From a virus (taxonomy: Duplodnaviria; Caudoviricetes): 36,959 bases of DNA. The notes under the pieces were generated by a model, which was not told the DNA's origin, made no database searches, and saw only the letters and a list, made by a program, of their open reading frames with translations. Every line of letters starts with the position of its first letter. Position 1 is the stretch's first letter. This document shows, in pieces, positions 28,110 through 36,444 of this stretch. The translations under genes were made by a program, and so were the position numbers. The stretch covers positions 1 to 36,959 of IMG/VR virus record IMGVR_UViG_3300020045_006845; one strand, 5' to 3'.

Positions 28110-29414
28110 TTATAAAAGGGTTGAAATTAATTCGTCATAATATAAAGAAAATAAATGATTTTGAAAATTTCTAGATTCATCATTAAATCCAGTGTAATTA
28201 TGTTCGTTTTCTTCAATTATTACTTTTGCAATCTCATCTATACTATAAGTATCTAGCTTTATTGATAAGTAAATTTTCCCATCGTCTGCAAGCCCTAGAA
28301 CATCATTTTCATTAAATTTAACATAATTAATATTAATATTGCTTAACCTATATTGATAACGTGTTTTGTTTAATTTTGAAATAGCTTCTATAACCTTATC
28401 GACTAAAATTTTTGAAGGATTATTTTCTATCACAAAATTAACACCTTTACTATTTTTAGAAAGTCCTAAAATATCTAATTTAGGAAATTGGTCAAATAAT
28501 GGCTTTAATAATTTAAGAGGTAAAACAATTCTATCTTTTAAATCTCTATCGTTGCAAAACATTACCATTTCAGCAGGAACGCATTTTAAATTTGAAAAAA
28601 CATTTTCCCATTCACTAGAAAACTCTTCTCTGTATGTAGAATAATTTAAATTATGTTCATAATATCCTGCATTTCCACCCGCTAAACTTTTTATCAGACT
28701 AAATATTAATTTTTCATCTGAATTTTTTTTCCAAAAAGAACTTATTGCAATTAAAGCACCATAACTATTTGATAAAACCCTGCTTTCATTTATTTCAAAT
28801 TCTTTTGAGTTATATGAATATAAAGATTTTACTTGCTGGTCATGATGGCATAATATACCTTTTCTAAAAAGTCTCAATTCTCCATTTTCAGTTTTTGGAT
28901 ATAAAGAAGCATATTGATTAACAGACAAAACATTTTTATTTTTATTACAAAAATATAAGTCATAATTATCGAAAAAGTGCTTTACATTGTCATTAAAATC
29001 TATGTATATTGTAGTATATCCAGCTTCTCCTATAACAATTGATGTTTTTTCTAAAGATGCGTTTTCGTCCTCGTCTATTGCATTTGAATAAATTTCACGT
29101 ATTGGAGCAAAAGGCAAGTCCCAATCCTTACCGCCCATTGTAGTAGTCAAACTTGTTTCTTTACCATCTACAGATATAGCATAATACAATTCATTCCTGA
29201 ATTTTTTTTCTACTTTGTCAAACTTAATTTCCGCTGTTCCTTTAAATATTTTAAAGTCAATTTCATTTCTTATCAATGATGCAATTGAATATTTAAGACC
29301 GCTCCCAAAAAAGCCTATTTTAGAACTATCGTTTCTTTTTGAACTTGCGCCAATTAAAGTAAATGCTTCTTGTTCAATTTCTCCTGTTGATTTGATTTTT
29401 AAAAATGTTTTCAT
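28110..29414 (-). CDS. GHKL (HATPase_c-like) ATPase with C-terminal zincin-like region
   Basis: IGASSKR..KIGFFGSGLK (G2 box), IREIYSNAIDE (N box), C-terminal IIEENEH. Confidence 0.75.
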   Translation of the reverse strand: MKTFLKIKSTGEIEQEAFTLIGASSKRNDSSKIGFFGSGLKYSIASLIRNEIDFKIFKGTAEIKFDKVEKKFRNELYYAISVDGKETSLTTTMGGKDWDLPFAPIREIYSNAIDEDENASLEKTSIVIGEAGYTTIYIDFNDNVKHFFDNYDLYFCNKNKNVLSVNQYASLYPKTENGELRLFRKGILCHHDQQVKSLYSYNSKEFEINESRVLSNSYGALIAISSFWKKNSDEKLIFSLIKSLAGGNAGYYEHNLNYSTYREEFSSEWENVFSNLKCVPAEMVMFCNDRDLKDRIVLPLKLLKPLFDQFPKLDILGLSKNSKGVNFVIENNPSKILVDKVIEAISKLNKTRYQYRLSNININYVKFNENDVLGLADDGKIYLSIKLDTYSIDEIAKVIIEENEHNYTGFNDESRNFQNHLFSLYYDELISTLL

Positions 29415-29421
29415 AATAATT

Positions 29422-29512
29422 TAAAAAGCCTTACTTCTAATCATACGACTGGAACTCGTATTTTCAAAATAAGGCGTTAATGTTTTTTGTTAGGTAGTTC
29501 CAGTACCTTTTG
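29422..29512 (-). ncRNA. Putative structured leader RNA (kissing loop plus terminator)
   Basis: AGGUA-CUGGAAC-UACCU hairpin and AUACGA-GUUCCAG-UCGUAU hairpin inside a terminator stem; after TATATTTG at 29519-29526. Confidence 0.65.
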
Positions 29513-29545
29513 ATTTGACAAATATACAACTAATTCAGTTAAGAA

Positions 29546-29752
29546 TCATTCTAAATTAAGCACCTCCCTTGCTATTTTACATTCACGTTCAGAAAGATTT
29601 TTATCGTCGATATAATCTGAACCGTGCATTTTTATAAGTTCAACAATATGGTTAATGCTTTCACGGGATTTTTTACCAAGTAGAATTTTACTCATAAACT
29701 TATCTTTTTCTACAAGTCTTTGGTAAGTTGGTGTTTCTTCAATTTTTATCAT
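29546..29752 (-). CDS. Hypothetical protein
   Basis: 68 aa, overlaps the upstream stop. Confidence 0.6.
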   Translation of the reverse strand: MIKIEETPTYQRLVEKDKFMSKILLGKKSRESINHIVELIKMHGSDYIDDKNLSERECKIAREVLNLE

Positions 29753-29954
29753 AATTCATTTTTGATTCTAGTGTTATGTATAAATCTTTTTTGCTTTTAA
29801 GATAATCTTGAACTAATCTATCGCACATATAATAGGTTAGTTTGCCTTTCATTTTTTCAGCCACCCAATCAAACGGCTTGCCTAAATTATCGAAATATAA
29901 ATATATTACTTCGGCTTTTAATTCGGGTGCTATTTCTTTTTTTAATGGTGGCAT
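29739..29954 (-). CDS. Hypothetical protein, possible HTH (likely start MPPLKK)
   Basis: Tight packing; helical pattern. Confidence 0.6.
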   Translation of the reverse strand: MPPLKKEIAPELKAEVIYLYFDNLGKPFDWVAEKMKGKLTYYMCDRLVQDYLKSKKDLYITLESKMNYDKN

Positions 29955-29956
29955 AA

Positions 29957-30565
29957 TTAACAAGATTCGTTTCTAATTTTTCTAACATAATCACCAAGAT
30001 TAAAATTATTGCTTAAAGTATCAATCGTGCTAAATGGAATTGAAACGCATTTTTCTGATACGATTGTAGGGTCGACTACCTCGATGTCGTTTGTTTCTTT
30101 TTTAATAATTTCCGCCCATTTGCCGTCTTTAAAAACACACCAATTATTAAAAAGTAAAGAGCTTCTATTTTCATCAAATCCAAATCTATTGTCTTTTGAA
30201 ATTATGTGTCTTGGTCCGTCAACAATAGTGTGAGTAACACCATAAATAAAACCCCTCTTAACCGCCTCATTTTTTAAGGCAGTTTCTACTTCTTGGGGGG
30301 TGGCTAAAGTTAAATTTTCTTTTAAATTTTCGTTAAAAAACCATCTATGGGCGTCAAACCATTCTTTACCCAATCCATGAAAACCATAAGAATTTACATT
30401 GTCTCCTTGATAAAAACCTAAAGTACCACCCTCAAATTTATACCACTTTCCAGCTTCCAACTCATTTTTAACCACTCCGTTATTAATCAACGTTTGCTTA
30501 ATATTCTCATCTTTGCAAAGTTCTGTTATTAACTCTGGTGTTAGTTTACTTGTATCTATTTTCAT
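29957..30565 (-). CDS. Conserved Bacteroidota phage hypothetical protein
   Basis: GKWYK..YGF..AT..EV..AL..EA.KRG..F.DGKWAEII. Confidence 0.8.
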   Translation of the reverse strand: MKIDTSKLTPELITELCKDENIKQTLINNGVVKNELEAGKWYKFEGGTLGFYQGDNVNSYGFHGLGKEWFDAHRWFFNENLKENLTLATPQEVETALKNEAVKRGFIYGVTHTIVDGPRHIISKDNRFGFDENRSSLLFNNWCVFKDGKWAEIIKKETNDIEVVDPTIVSEKCVSIPFSTIDTLSNNFNLGDYVRKIRNESC

Positions 30566-30570
30566 AATTT

Positions 30571-30873
30571 TTATTTTTTAATTGGTTCGTTAAAATTCAC
30601 ATCCATTAACGTGATACTTTTTGCTTTAAATGGATTTGGAGCGAAAAAGTTATCGATTGTTTGATTGTCTTTTTCTAGTTCCTTAATAGTGTTGTTGTTG
30701 TTTTTTCGCTCTTGTAGCTTTTGTATAAACAACGATTCTACTTCCGAAAATATAAGTATCGATTGCGATGTAGAATGACCGTTAAAAATCAATTCTATAC
30801 ATCCCTTGATGTGGTCGTGCTTTTCTTGTTGTGGTTGAAATAAGCTATTCCACCATTGGGTTAAATTTTTCAT
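30571..30873 (-). CDS. Hypothetical protein
   Basis: 100 aa, ATGA-coupled. Confidence 0.7.
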   Translation of the reverse strand: MKNLTQWWNSLFQPQQEKHDHIKGCIELIFNGHSTSQSILIFSEVESLFIQKLQERKNNNNTIKELEKDNQTIDNFFAPNPFKAKSITLMDVNFNEPIKK

Positions 30874-31088
30874 AGTTCACGTTGTTTAAGCATTGCATCG
30901 GCTATTTCATAACATTGTTCAATAGTTGGAATATGAACTTTATTTTGACCATCAAATATTCCATAATATGGATTTGCCATCATTCCTTGCATCGCTGAAT
31001 TAGCGAAATAATCTCTTAATGTCATGCCGTTATTTCCAAAACTTGGAAATGCATTAGGATTCTCTGGTTTTTTATTTTCTGTTTCCAT
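30870..31088 (-). CDS. Widespread small phage protein
   Basis: AFP..GMTLRDYFA..AMQG..Y.IADAML..R motif. Confidence 0.85.
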   Translation of the reverse strand: METENKKPENPNAFPSFGNNGMTLRDYFANSAMQGMMANPYYGIFDGQNKVHIPTIEQCYEIADAMLKQREL

Positions 31089-31254
31089 AACTAATTATAA
31101 TTTTTTCTTGTTCTTTTACTGTTTTACTGTTCCATGTTTCAATCCAAACATTACGGATTGAATTTGGTATTTGACTAAATTTAATTTTCGGTTCGTTATC
31201 ATCGGAATTAACCGAGTGATAAATAAATAGTTCTTGTGGGGTCATTTTATTCAT
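31072..31254 (-). CDS. Hypothetical protein
   Basis: 60 aa, overlaps both neighbours. Confidence 0.55.
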   Translation of the reverse strand: MNKMTPQELFIYHSVNSDDNEPKIKFSQIPNSIRNVWIETWNSKTVKEQEKIIISYGNRK

Positions 31255-31666
31255 ATTTCGATTTTAAGTACTGTAATTGAGATAATTCAGATTTTTCTTT
31301 GTTCCTTTTTTCACTTGCTTTTCGTAAGTTAGGTAATGTTGTTTTTAACCTTTTATAAAATGCTTCATACATATCTTTTGCTGCATTAAAATATGTAGGT
31401 TGTTCAACTGGTTTTCTGCCTCCAATAAATGTTTTTCCATCTACAATTATTGATTCTTCAATGACAAACTTAAAGCCATTAATTGAACAACTGCCATTCA
31501 AAGGGAAATCGTTAAAATGATAAGCATCTCTTTTATGAATATCTTTCATAAATTGAAATAAATCATCAACATTATTAATTTCACGCTCCCAGTCCCAAGT
31601 ATCTTCTGGATATTGTGGATGTCCTCTTTGCGAATATTCCGCAATTAAATTTTCCATTTTTTTCAT
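31247..31666 (-). CDS. Hypothetical protein (likely start MKKMEN)
   Basis: The ORF-track GTG start lies inside the attC-like element. Confidence 0.7.
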   Translation of the reverse strand: MKKMENLIAEYSQRGHPQYPEDTWDWEREINNVDDLFQFMKDIHKRDAYHFNDFPLNGSCSINGFKFVIEESIIVDGKTFIGGRKPVEQPTYFNAAKDMYEAFYKRLKTTLPNLRKASEKRNKEKSELSQLQYLKSKYE

Positions 31667-31703
31667 TTTTTTATTTATTAATTCCTCGCTCAAAAAGTTT
31701 AAA

Positions 31704-31763
31704 AACCAGACTGATAACAGCACATATGCGCCATTAAAACGAGCGCATAGCTACAAAACTTTA
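31704..31763. repeat. Degenerate solitary attC-like hairpin
   Basis: TGATAAC-AGCAC-ATATGCGC..GCGCATA-GCTACAAAAC-TTT; same layout as the 35.9 and 36.5 kb elements, with the terminal GTT changed. Confidence 0.55.
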
Positions 31764-32222
31764 ATAATTACCCTCCAATACCGCTAATTTCAATTGCTCT
31801 AAACACCAACCATTTAAAGCAAAATATATCGATACATCGTTTACTTTTACATCCATTATCGAAAACCCGTGTGATGTCCCTGTTGTTGGGTCGGCTTTGT
31901 CGTAAACCCCGATTACCTCAAAGTTTACTGATTCTAATTTAATGTTGTGTACTGCCATCTTGTGTTCTTTTAAAAGGTTAATGAAATCGAGTTCGGTTAC
32001 TTGGAAATATTCTTTACAATCTGATTTATTTGCAAAAACAAAAAATGATTTGTCAAAAAAATCAGAATCATCGAAAGCAAATACGTTTCCATTGTGATTA
32101 AAATTAAAAGCATAACTACTATTCCAATAATCCAACCCATTATCAATACAAAGTTTTTTCATTCTGTCGCAAGTAGCTTGACTATCCATAACCACATAAA
32201 CGTTAAATATTGTTTTTTTCAT
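31761..32222 (-). CDS. Hypothetical protein
   Basis: 153 aa ORF. Confidence 0.7.
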   Translation of the reverse strand: MKKTIFNVYVVMDSQATCDRMKKLCIDNGLDYWNSSYAFNFNHNGNVFAFDDSDFFDKSFFVFANKSDCKEYFQVTELDFINLLKEHKMAVHNIKLESVNFEVIGVYDKADPTTGTSHGFSIMDVKVNDVSIYFALNGWCLEQLKLAVLEGNY

Positions 32223-32234
32223 TACTCTGTTATT

Positions 32235-32351
32235 TTAGTTAGTAGTTGTTTTATTCTCAAGTCTTTTTAATTGTTGCTTTGCTAATTTTAATTGAAGCGG
32301 TGTGCAACTATTGATTTCTATTATCTTTTTTAATCTATTTATTGCTTTCAT
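32235..32351 (-). CDS. Small basic protein, 38 aa
   Basis: Read manually; ATGA-coupled. Confidence 0.45.
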   Translation of the reverse strand: MKAINRLKKIIEINSCTPLQLKLAKQQLKRLENKTTTN

Positions 32352-32509
32352 TTTTTCTCGCTATTAAACTCCTCTTGAAGTTGGTTAATGAATTGGTTAA
32401 CTCTATCTTGTAATTGCTCGGGTGTAAATTTGTCAATTACTTTCTTTTTTACGAAAACCCGAATGAGTGTTTTTTTCTCACTCGGGTCAATTGCTTTTCT
32501 TCCTCTCAT
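32348..32509 (-). CDS. Small Arc/ribbon-helix-helix-like DNA-binding protein, 53 aa
   Basis: MRGRKAIDPSEKKTLIRVFVKK..: GRK..DP..K followed by an alternating beta strand and helices. Confidence 0.55.
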   Translation of the reverse strand: MRGRKAIDPSEKKTLIRVFVKKKVIDKFTPEQLQDRVNQFINQLQEEFNSEKK

Positions 32510-32511
32510 TT

Positions 32512-32763
32512 TTAAAGACTTAAATTATCCTCTTCATTTTTTTGTAACAAATTACCATTTTCTATAAAGTTTTGAATTTTAATTAAAACTTCGTTCATTT
32601 GGGTTTTAACTATCTTTTGCGTTGCTTCAATAGTTGCCGTTTCACTATCAATAACTAAAGTTTCATCATTTACTTTTGTAAACGCATCTCTCCAAGAAGA
32701 GTAATTTTCATCTGTTTTAGTTTCTAATGTTACAGAAATTTTAAGTTTAAATAAATTTTTCAT
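32512..32763 (-). CDS. Hypothetical protein (likely start MKNLFK)
   Basis: ATG at 32763, downstream of the -7 box TATATTTG at 32804-32811. Confidence 0.7.
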   Translation of the reverse strand: MKNLFKLKISVTLETKTDENYSSWRDAFTKVNDETLVIDSETATIEATQKIVKTQMNEVLIKIQNFIENGNLLQKNEEDNLSL

Positions 32764-32896
32764 AATAAATGTGTTTTTAAATTGTTTTGCTTTATTGCTG
32801 GTACAAATATAATACAACATTATGAATAAAAAAACTTTTTTAATACTTTTTTAAAATTATTTATTAATTTAAACTCATTCTAAATAGTCTTTAAAT

Positions 32897-32922
32897 AAAA
32901 AAAGCATCAATTACGATGCTTT
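32897..32922 (-). terminator. Intrinsic terminator
   Basis: Minus strand AAAGCATC-gtaatt-GATGCTTTTTTT. Confidence 0.75.
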
Positions 32923-33050
32923 GGTTTTAAATAACTTGGCGGTATTGGTATTTTTCTTGTGTAGCCGTTAAAGTTTTTATCTAATACAATGAATAGTAAA
33001 ACTATCACTATTGGTAAAAGAATTGCTATTGTTATAATTCCGTATATCAT
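32907..33050 (-). CDS. Small single-pass membrane protein, 47 aa
   Basis: MIYGIITIAILLPIVIVLLFIVLDK.., read manually. Confidence 0.6.
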   Translation of the reverse strand: MIYGIITIAILLPIVIVLLFIVLDKNFNGYTRKIPIPPSYLKPKHRN

Positions 33051-33074
33051 AATTACGATGCTTTAGTGGGGGGA

Positions 33075-33395
33075 TTAATAATTAAATTTTTCTACATGGC
33101 TAAATTTTAAATCGCAATTATAAGCATCTGACGGATAATAAAAATCTCCTCCGCCACTTCTTGTAATATTAGTTATGTCATAATATACTTTTGTTGAAAA
33201 AGTTTCAAACATTATTATTTTACCGCCTATTTTACAGTTAATATAATTTCCTTTTAAAAATACTTTTGGGTATTTTTCGTCTTTACACCAAATTGAGCGA
33301 TTATACCAAATGTTTTTAATTTCCATTGGGTATTTTGTTTTTATCTCTATTGGTTTTATTTCTTTTTTTTTAAATAATTTCTTTAACCATCTCAT
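33075..33395 (-). CDS. Hypothetical protein
   Basis: 106 aa, ATGA-coupled. Confidence 0.7.
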   Translation of the reverse strand: MRWLKKLFKKKEIKPIEIKTKYPMEIKNIWYNRSIWCKDEKYPKVFLKGNYINCKIGGKIIMFETFSTKVYYDITNITRSGGGDFYYPSDAYNCDLKFSHVEKFNY

Positions 33396-33940
33396 AACTC
33401 TAATTTTTCTTTATCATTAACAATTTTTCTACTCCAAACTACAAACCAAATAATACAAATACCGAATATAATTAATAAAATCCAATTCCAAAAATTACCC
33501 TTATCGCTTACGGTTGATTTGTCTTTTGTTTGAACACTCACTTTGCTTTTAGTTTTAATATCGTTTTGTTGCTTTTTAGCGACTTTTTCAACTTTATCAA
33601 CTACTATATTAGCTTTTTTGTTTTCGTTTGTTTTACGCTTTGTTTTTGTTTTTGTCTTTTTAGCGTTATTCAAACTTTGACTTTTACCGTTTTCATCAAT
33701 ATAGGTAGCTGGCTTTGTATTGTCAATTGGCTCTAATGTTTCCGTTTCTGTAACCTCGCCTGTTTCTTTGTTGGTTTCGGTGTTGGTTGTAATTTTTACA
33801 TTAGTATCAGCTTTTGTTTCGGTAATTGATTTATCAATAGTAACTTCTTTAGTTGTTACATCGATTTTCTTGTTCTCGACCTTGCGAGTGCCACAACTAA
33901 ATAATAAAATAGTTGATAGTAGGATTAGTTTATTTTTCAT
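33392..33940 (-). CDS. Lipoprotein with C-terminal transmembrane helix, unimolecular-spanin-like
   Basis: Lipobox LLFS-C16, K/T-rich periplasmic region, WNWILLIIFGICIIWFVVW TM segment followed by basic residues. Confidence 0.7.
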   Translation of the reverse strand: MKNKLILLSTILLFSCGTRKVENKKIDVTTKEVTIDKSITETKADTNVKITTNTETNKETGEVTETETLEPIDNTKPATYIDENGKSQSLNNAKKTKTKTKRKTNENKKANIVVDKVEKVAKKQQNDIKTKSKVSVQTKDKSTVSDKGNFWNWILLIIFGICIIWFVVWSRKIVNDKEKLEL

Positions 33941-34104
33941 TTTTTGTATTGTTTAAGTTTATGTTTTAGTATTATAAAAGTAATTAATGATGTTAATAAA
34001 ATAATATTTAAAAATATTCCTTCAATAATGATTATTTCTTTAATCCATAAAGGTAAGTTATTATAATAAAAATCGTAAGGTAAATTATATTTTTTCATAT
34101 ACAT
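33937..34104 (-). CDS. Small membrane protein
   Basis: Hydrophobic C-terminal half; start uncertain. Confidence 0.5.
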   Translation of the reverse strand: MYMKKYNLPYDFYYNNLPLWIKEIIIIEGIFLNIILLTSLITFIILKHKLKQYKK

Positions 34105-34297
34105 TCTCTTTAAAATATTGTTGTAGTTTTTTTGCCCTGTCATCAGTTTCGTAAATTTTAGAATTATCCATCATCCATTTATAAAACTTAATACTAAAAT
34201 CGTCTGTTATTTGTTCTAATTTATTTGTAAGAATATCAAAATGATTATGGTTTTTTATCTCACAAATATCGTTAAACTTCTCTCTTAACTTATTCAT
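34085..34297 (-). CDS. Hypothetical phage protein
   Basis: DDFSIKF..W..L.QYFK motif. Confidence 0.7.
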   Translation of the reverse strand: MNKLREKFNDICEIKNHNHFDILTNKLEQITDDFSIKFYKWMMDNSKIYETDDRAKKLQQYFKENVYEKI

Positions 34298-34646
34298 TGT
34301 CTTTTACTTTTTTGATTAGTTGTTGAATGTCAATTCTATCGTTAGGAAATAATCCAAAGTGAGTTTTTAATCGCTCCAACATCTCCAACATCTCATCTCG
34401 TTGCTCTTTCAACTCCGATAACTCGCAGTTTATTTGCTGACGAACTTTGAAAGCGTCGACTATTAGATTGGCGCTGGCTTCAAACTCCTCTTTTTCCTCA
34501 TCAATAATTGCATTTACTTGACATATCCAAACACCATTAGGATTTTTTACATTTCCATCAACATAAATCTCAATAGTATTTACGCCTTTTGTATATTCAA
34601 TAATAGGACTTGTTTTAACCTCTCCTATTGTTCCTTTAAATCCCAT
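34290..34646 (-). CDS. Hypothetical phage protein
   Basis: FKGT.G..ANA/SANLIVDA..MLEML motif. Confidence 0.75.
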   Translation of the reverse strand: MGFKGTIGEVKTSPIIEYTKGVNTIEIYVDGNVKNPNGVWICQVNAIIDEEKEEFEASANLIVDAFKVRQQINCELSELKEQRDEMLEMLERLKTHFGLFPNDRIDIQQLIKKVKDNE

Positions 34647-34648
34647 AA

Positions 34649-34978
34649 TTATTTGTTTAATTGGTTAAAAATTTCTGATGCTTTTTCGATTGCTTTTTTT
34701 GTGGCTTCGGTTCGTGTTGTAAAATCTACAGAGCAATAAATGTATTTTTCATTATCTATAATTTTATACCAAAAATTAATAACATCTAAATCCTCTAAAT
34801 CGTATTCTGACTTTATTTCAATATAAATCCCAACACTATCAAACCAAAGAATACAAAGTGCATTTTGAAATTCAGGAAGTAAATCGTTAAAAATTCCCTC
34901 ATCAATTCTATTATACTCATTGTTTAATGATTGTTTTAGCCATTTAAAAAACTCCTCTTTTGCTTTTCCTTGTAACAT
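34649..34978 (-). CDS. Hypothetical phage protein
   Basis: L.GKAKE.F..W..WFDSVGIYI..R.EA...AIEKA..IFN. Confidence 0.75.
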   Translation of the reverse strand: MLQGKAKEEFFKWLKQSLNNEYNRIDEGIFNDLLPEFQNALCILWFDSVGIYIEIKSEYDLEDLDVINFWYKIIDNEKYIYCSVDFTTRTEATKKAIEKASEIFNQLNK

Positions 34979-34980
34979 AT

Positions 34981-35343
34981 CTATAAATTTATTGTTAGTT
35001 CCTCGTTTGTTAATGCGAAATAAAGGTTTTGCAGTTGGTGTAGATATTTAATGTATAATAAATCAACAAAATCATATCCATTGTTTAAAATTATTCTTTT
35101 AGATGAAAAACAAATCTCTAAACTAACGCCTCTTTTTTTTGTTTTAATTTTAAACCATTTTCTTGGTTGATTTTCTAATTCTTTAAACCCACACCTCAAT
35201 AGAATTTCTTCGGTTAGTTCTATTTCTTGAAGTTCTTCAAATTCATAACATTTACCAAAACCTATGTGTGCTCCTTTTTCCCAAAAGTTTTTTATAATAC
35301 CTTGTTTTGTTGCGTTTCCAATTCTCAATTCACTTGCTTTCAT
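34981..35343 (-). CDS. Conserved Bacteroidota phage hypothetical protein
   Basis: ELRIGN..LTEE.L...GF..IKYLHQLQNLYFALT.EEL. Confidence 0.8.
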   Translation of the reverse strand: MKASELRIGNATKQGIIKNFWEKGAHIGFGKCYEFEELQEIELTEEILLRCGFKELENQPRKWFKIKTKKRGVSLEICFSSKRIILNNGYDFVDLLYIKYLHQLQNLYFALTNEELTINL

Positions 35344-35443
35344 CTTTTATTTTTTTAATTAATTCCTCCGCTTTTGGTTTTAGAAATTTCGTCTGTATTA
35401 ATGACAAAAATTCTATTAACTCTTGTTTTAATTGTGGTGTCAT
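35330..35443 (-). CDS. Small hypothetical protein, 37 aa (MTPQLKQELIEFL...)
   Basis: Read manually; A-rich initiation region; overlaps the next start. Confidence 0.45.
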   Translation of the reverse strand: MTPQLKQELIEFLSLIQTKFLKPKAEELIKKIKDESK

Positions 35444-35505
35444 TTATTTTGTTTTTTGTTAGATATGTCTGATTTTTTCATCCCAAGCCGATAGTTATGC
35501 GAGAT

Positions 35506-35886
35506 TTAATCCCAATCACGCATATAATCCATTACATTTCCATTTTGAGGAAGTTCTTCATCAGAACAACTATTATATTCTCTTAAACAACTACCGCACA
35601 GATATTTATGATGTGTATTTGTAGGGGTTACGTCTTTTGAACAATATTCGTCATCATAATAACAAAATATTTTTTCTATACTGCCTTCCTTTATTTTGCA
35701 TTTTACAACTTTTGTTTCATAGGGATATTCTTCGTCATTACTAACTTCTTTTATTTTAACATAAGTTTCAATCCATATAAATTTTTGATTATAGCTTTTT
35801 GCATTTCCAAAAATATCTTGTCCTATTTCTATGTCATCAAAAAGTTCATTATTAATAAATTCATCAGAAATTGCTATTACATTCAT
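35506..35886 (-). CDS. Cassette 1 gene, hypothetical protein
   Basis: 126 aa between repeats 35494-35508 and 35901-35915. Confidence 0.75.
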   Translation of the reverse strand: MNVIAISDEFINNELFDDIEIGQDIFGNAKSYNQKFIWIETYVKIKEVSNDEEYPYETKVVKCKIKEGSIEKIFCYYDDEYCSKDVTPTNTHHKYLCGSCLREYNSCSDEELPQNGNVMDYMRDWD

Positions 35887-35908
35887 TGCATAATATTTTA
35901 TAAACCTC

Positions 35909-36044
35909 GCATAACAGCAGTTAAACGCTAGTGTCAGGCTTGGTATTTATCCGAAATGTGTCGGATGCACTTAATTTTTATTGTTTGTTTGTAATGTTAG
36001 GTGTTCAATCGTGCCACCAGTCGTTTAGCTGCCAAACGTTAGTA
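35909..36044. repeat. attC-like site 1
   Basis: GCATAAC-A-GCAGTTAAACGCTAGTG...CACCAGTCGTTTAGCTGC-CAAAC-GTTAGTA. Confidence 0.75.
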
Positions 36045-36059
36045 GAAATGGCTACAACC

Positions 36060-36398
36060 CTACATATAGTAAGCCATATAACCTTCATTTTTACCAACTA
36101 TTGCAGACATTAAATCACCCCAAGCACGCCACGAAAAGCCTAATGAATTACCGTCTGAAAAAACAAAGCAAGTATTATTTGCTTTTCTATCAGCAGTTTC
36201 GCCAACCCAAGATAAATCCTCAATAGCTTTTTTGATTAACCTGAAATGCGGTTGAAATTCTTCTTTGTAATCAGATAAATATTCTTCCCAATTAGGAGAA
36301 ATATCCATACCTCCAATTATTGGTTTGTAATCTTCTGGGTGGTTAGTTGTTACAGTAAGCTCTAATCCGTTTTCGTTTTTTAATTTTATAAAATCCAT
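36060..36398 (-). CDS. Cassette 2 gene, hypothetical protein
   Basis: 112 aa, FSDG....FSWRAWGDLM.A motif; between repeats 36038-36052 and 36437-36451. Confidence 0.8.
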   Translation of the reverse strand: MDFIKLKNENGLELTVTTNHPEDYKPIIGGMDISPNWEEYLSDYKEEFQPHFRLIKKAIEDLSWVGETADRKANNTCFVFSDGNSLGFSWRAWGDLMSAIVGKNEGYMAYYM

Positions 36399-36444
36399 CT
36401 TTTTGCAATTTAAAATTATACTCTTGTAAATTATCTGCCACTTC

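Noticed and set aside
32454-32487. Inverted repeat ACCCGA..TCGGGT
   Set aside because: Lies inside the small RHH-like gene; could be an attenuator but support is insufficient
35401-35472. Plus-strand 23-aa hydrophobic peptide resembling a type I toxin
   Set aside because: Antisense to a plausible coupled minus-strand ORF; hydrophobicity is expected from T-rich sequence; no promoter seen
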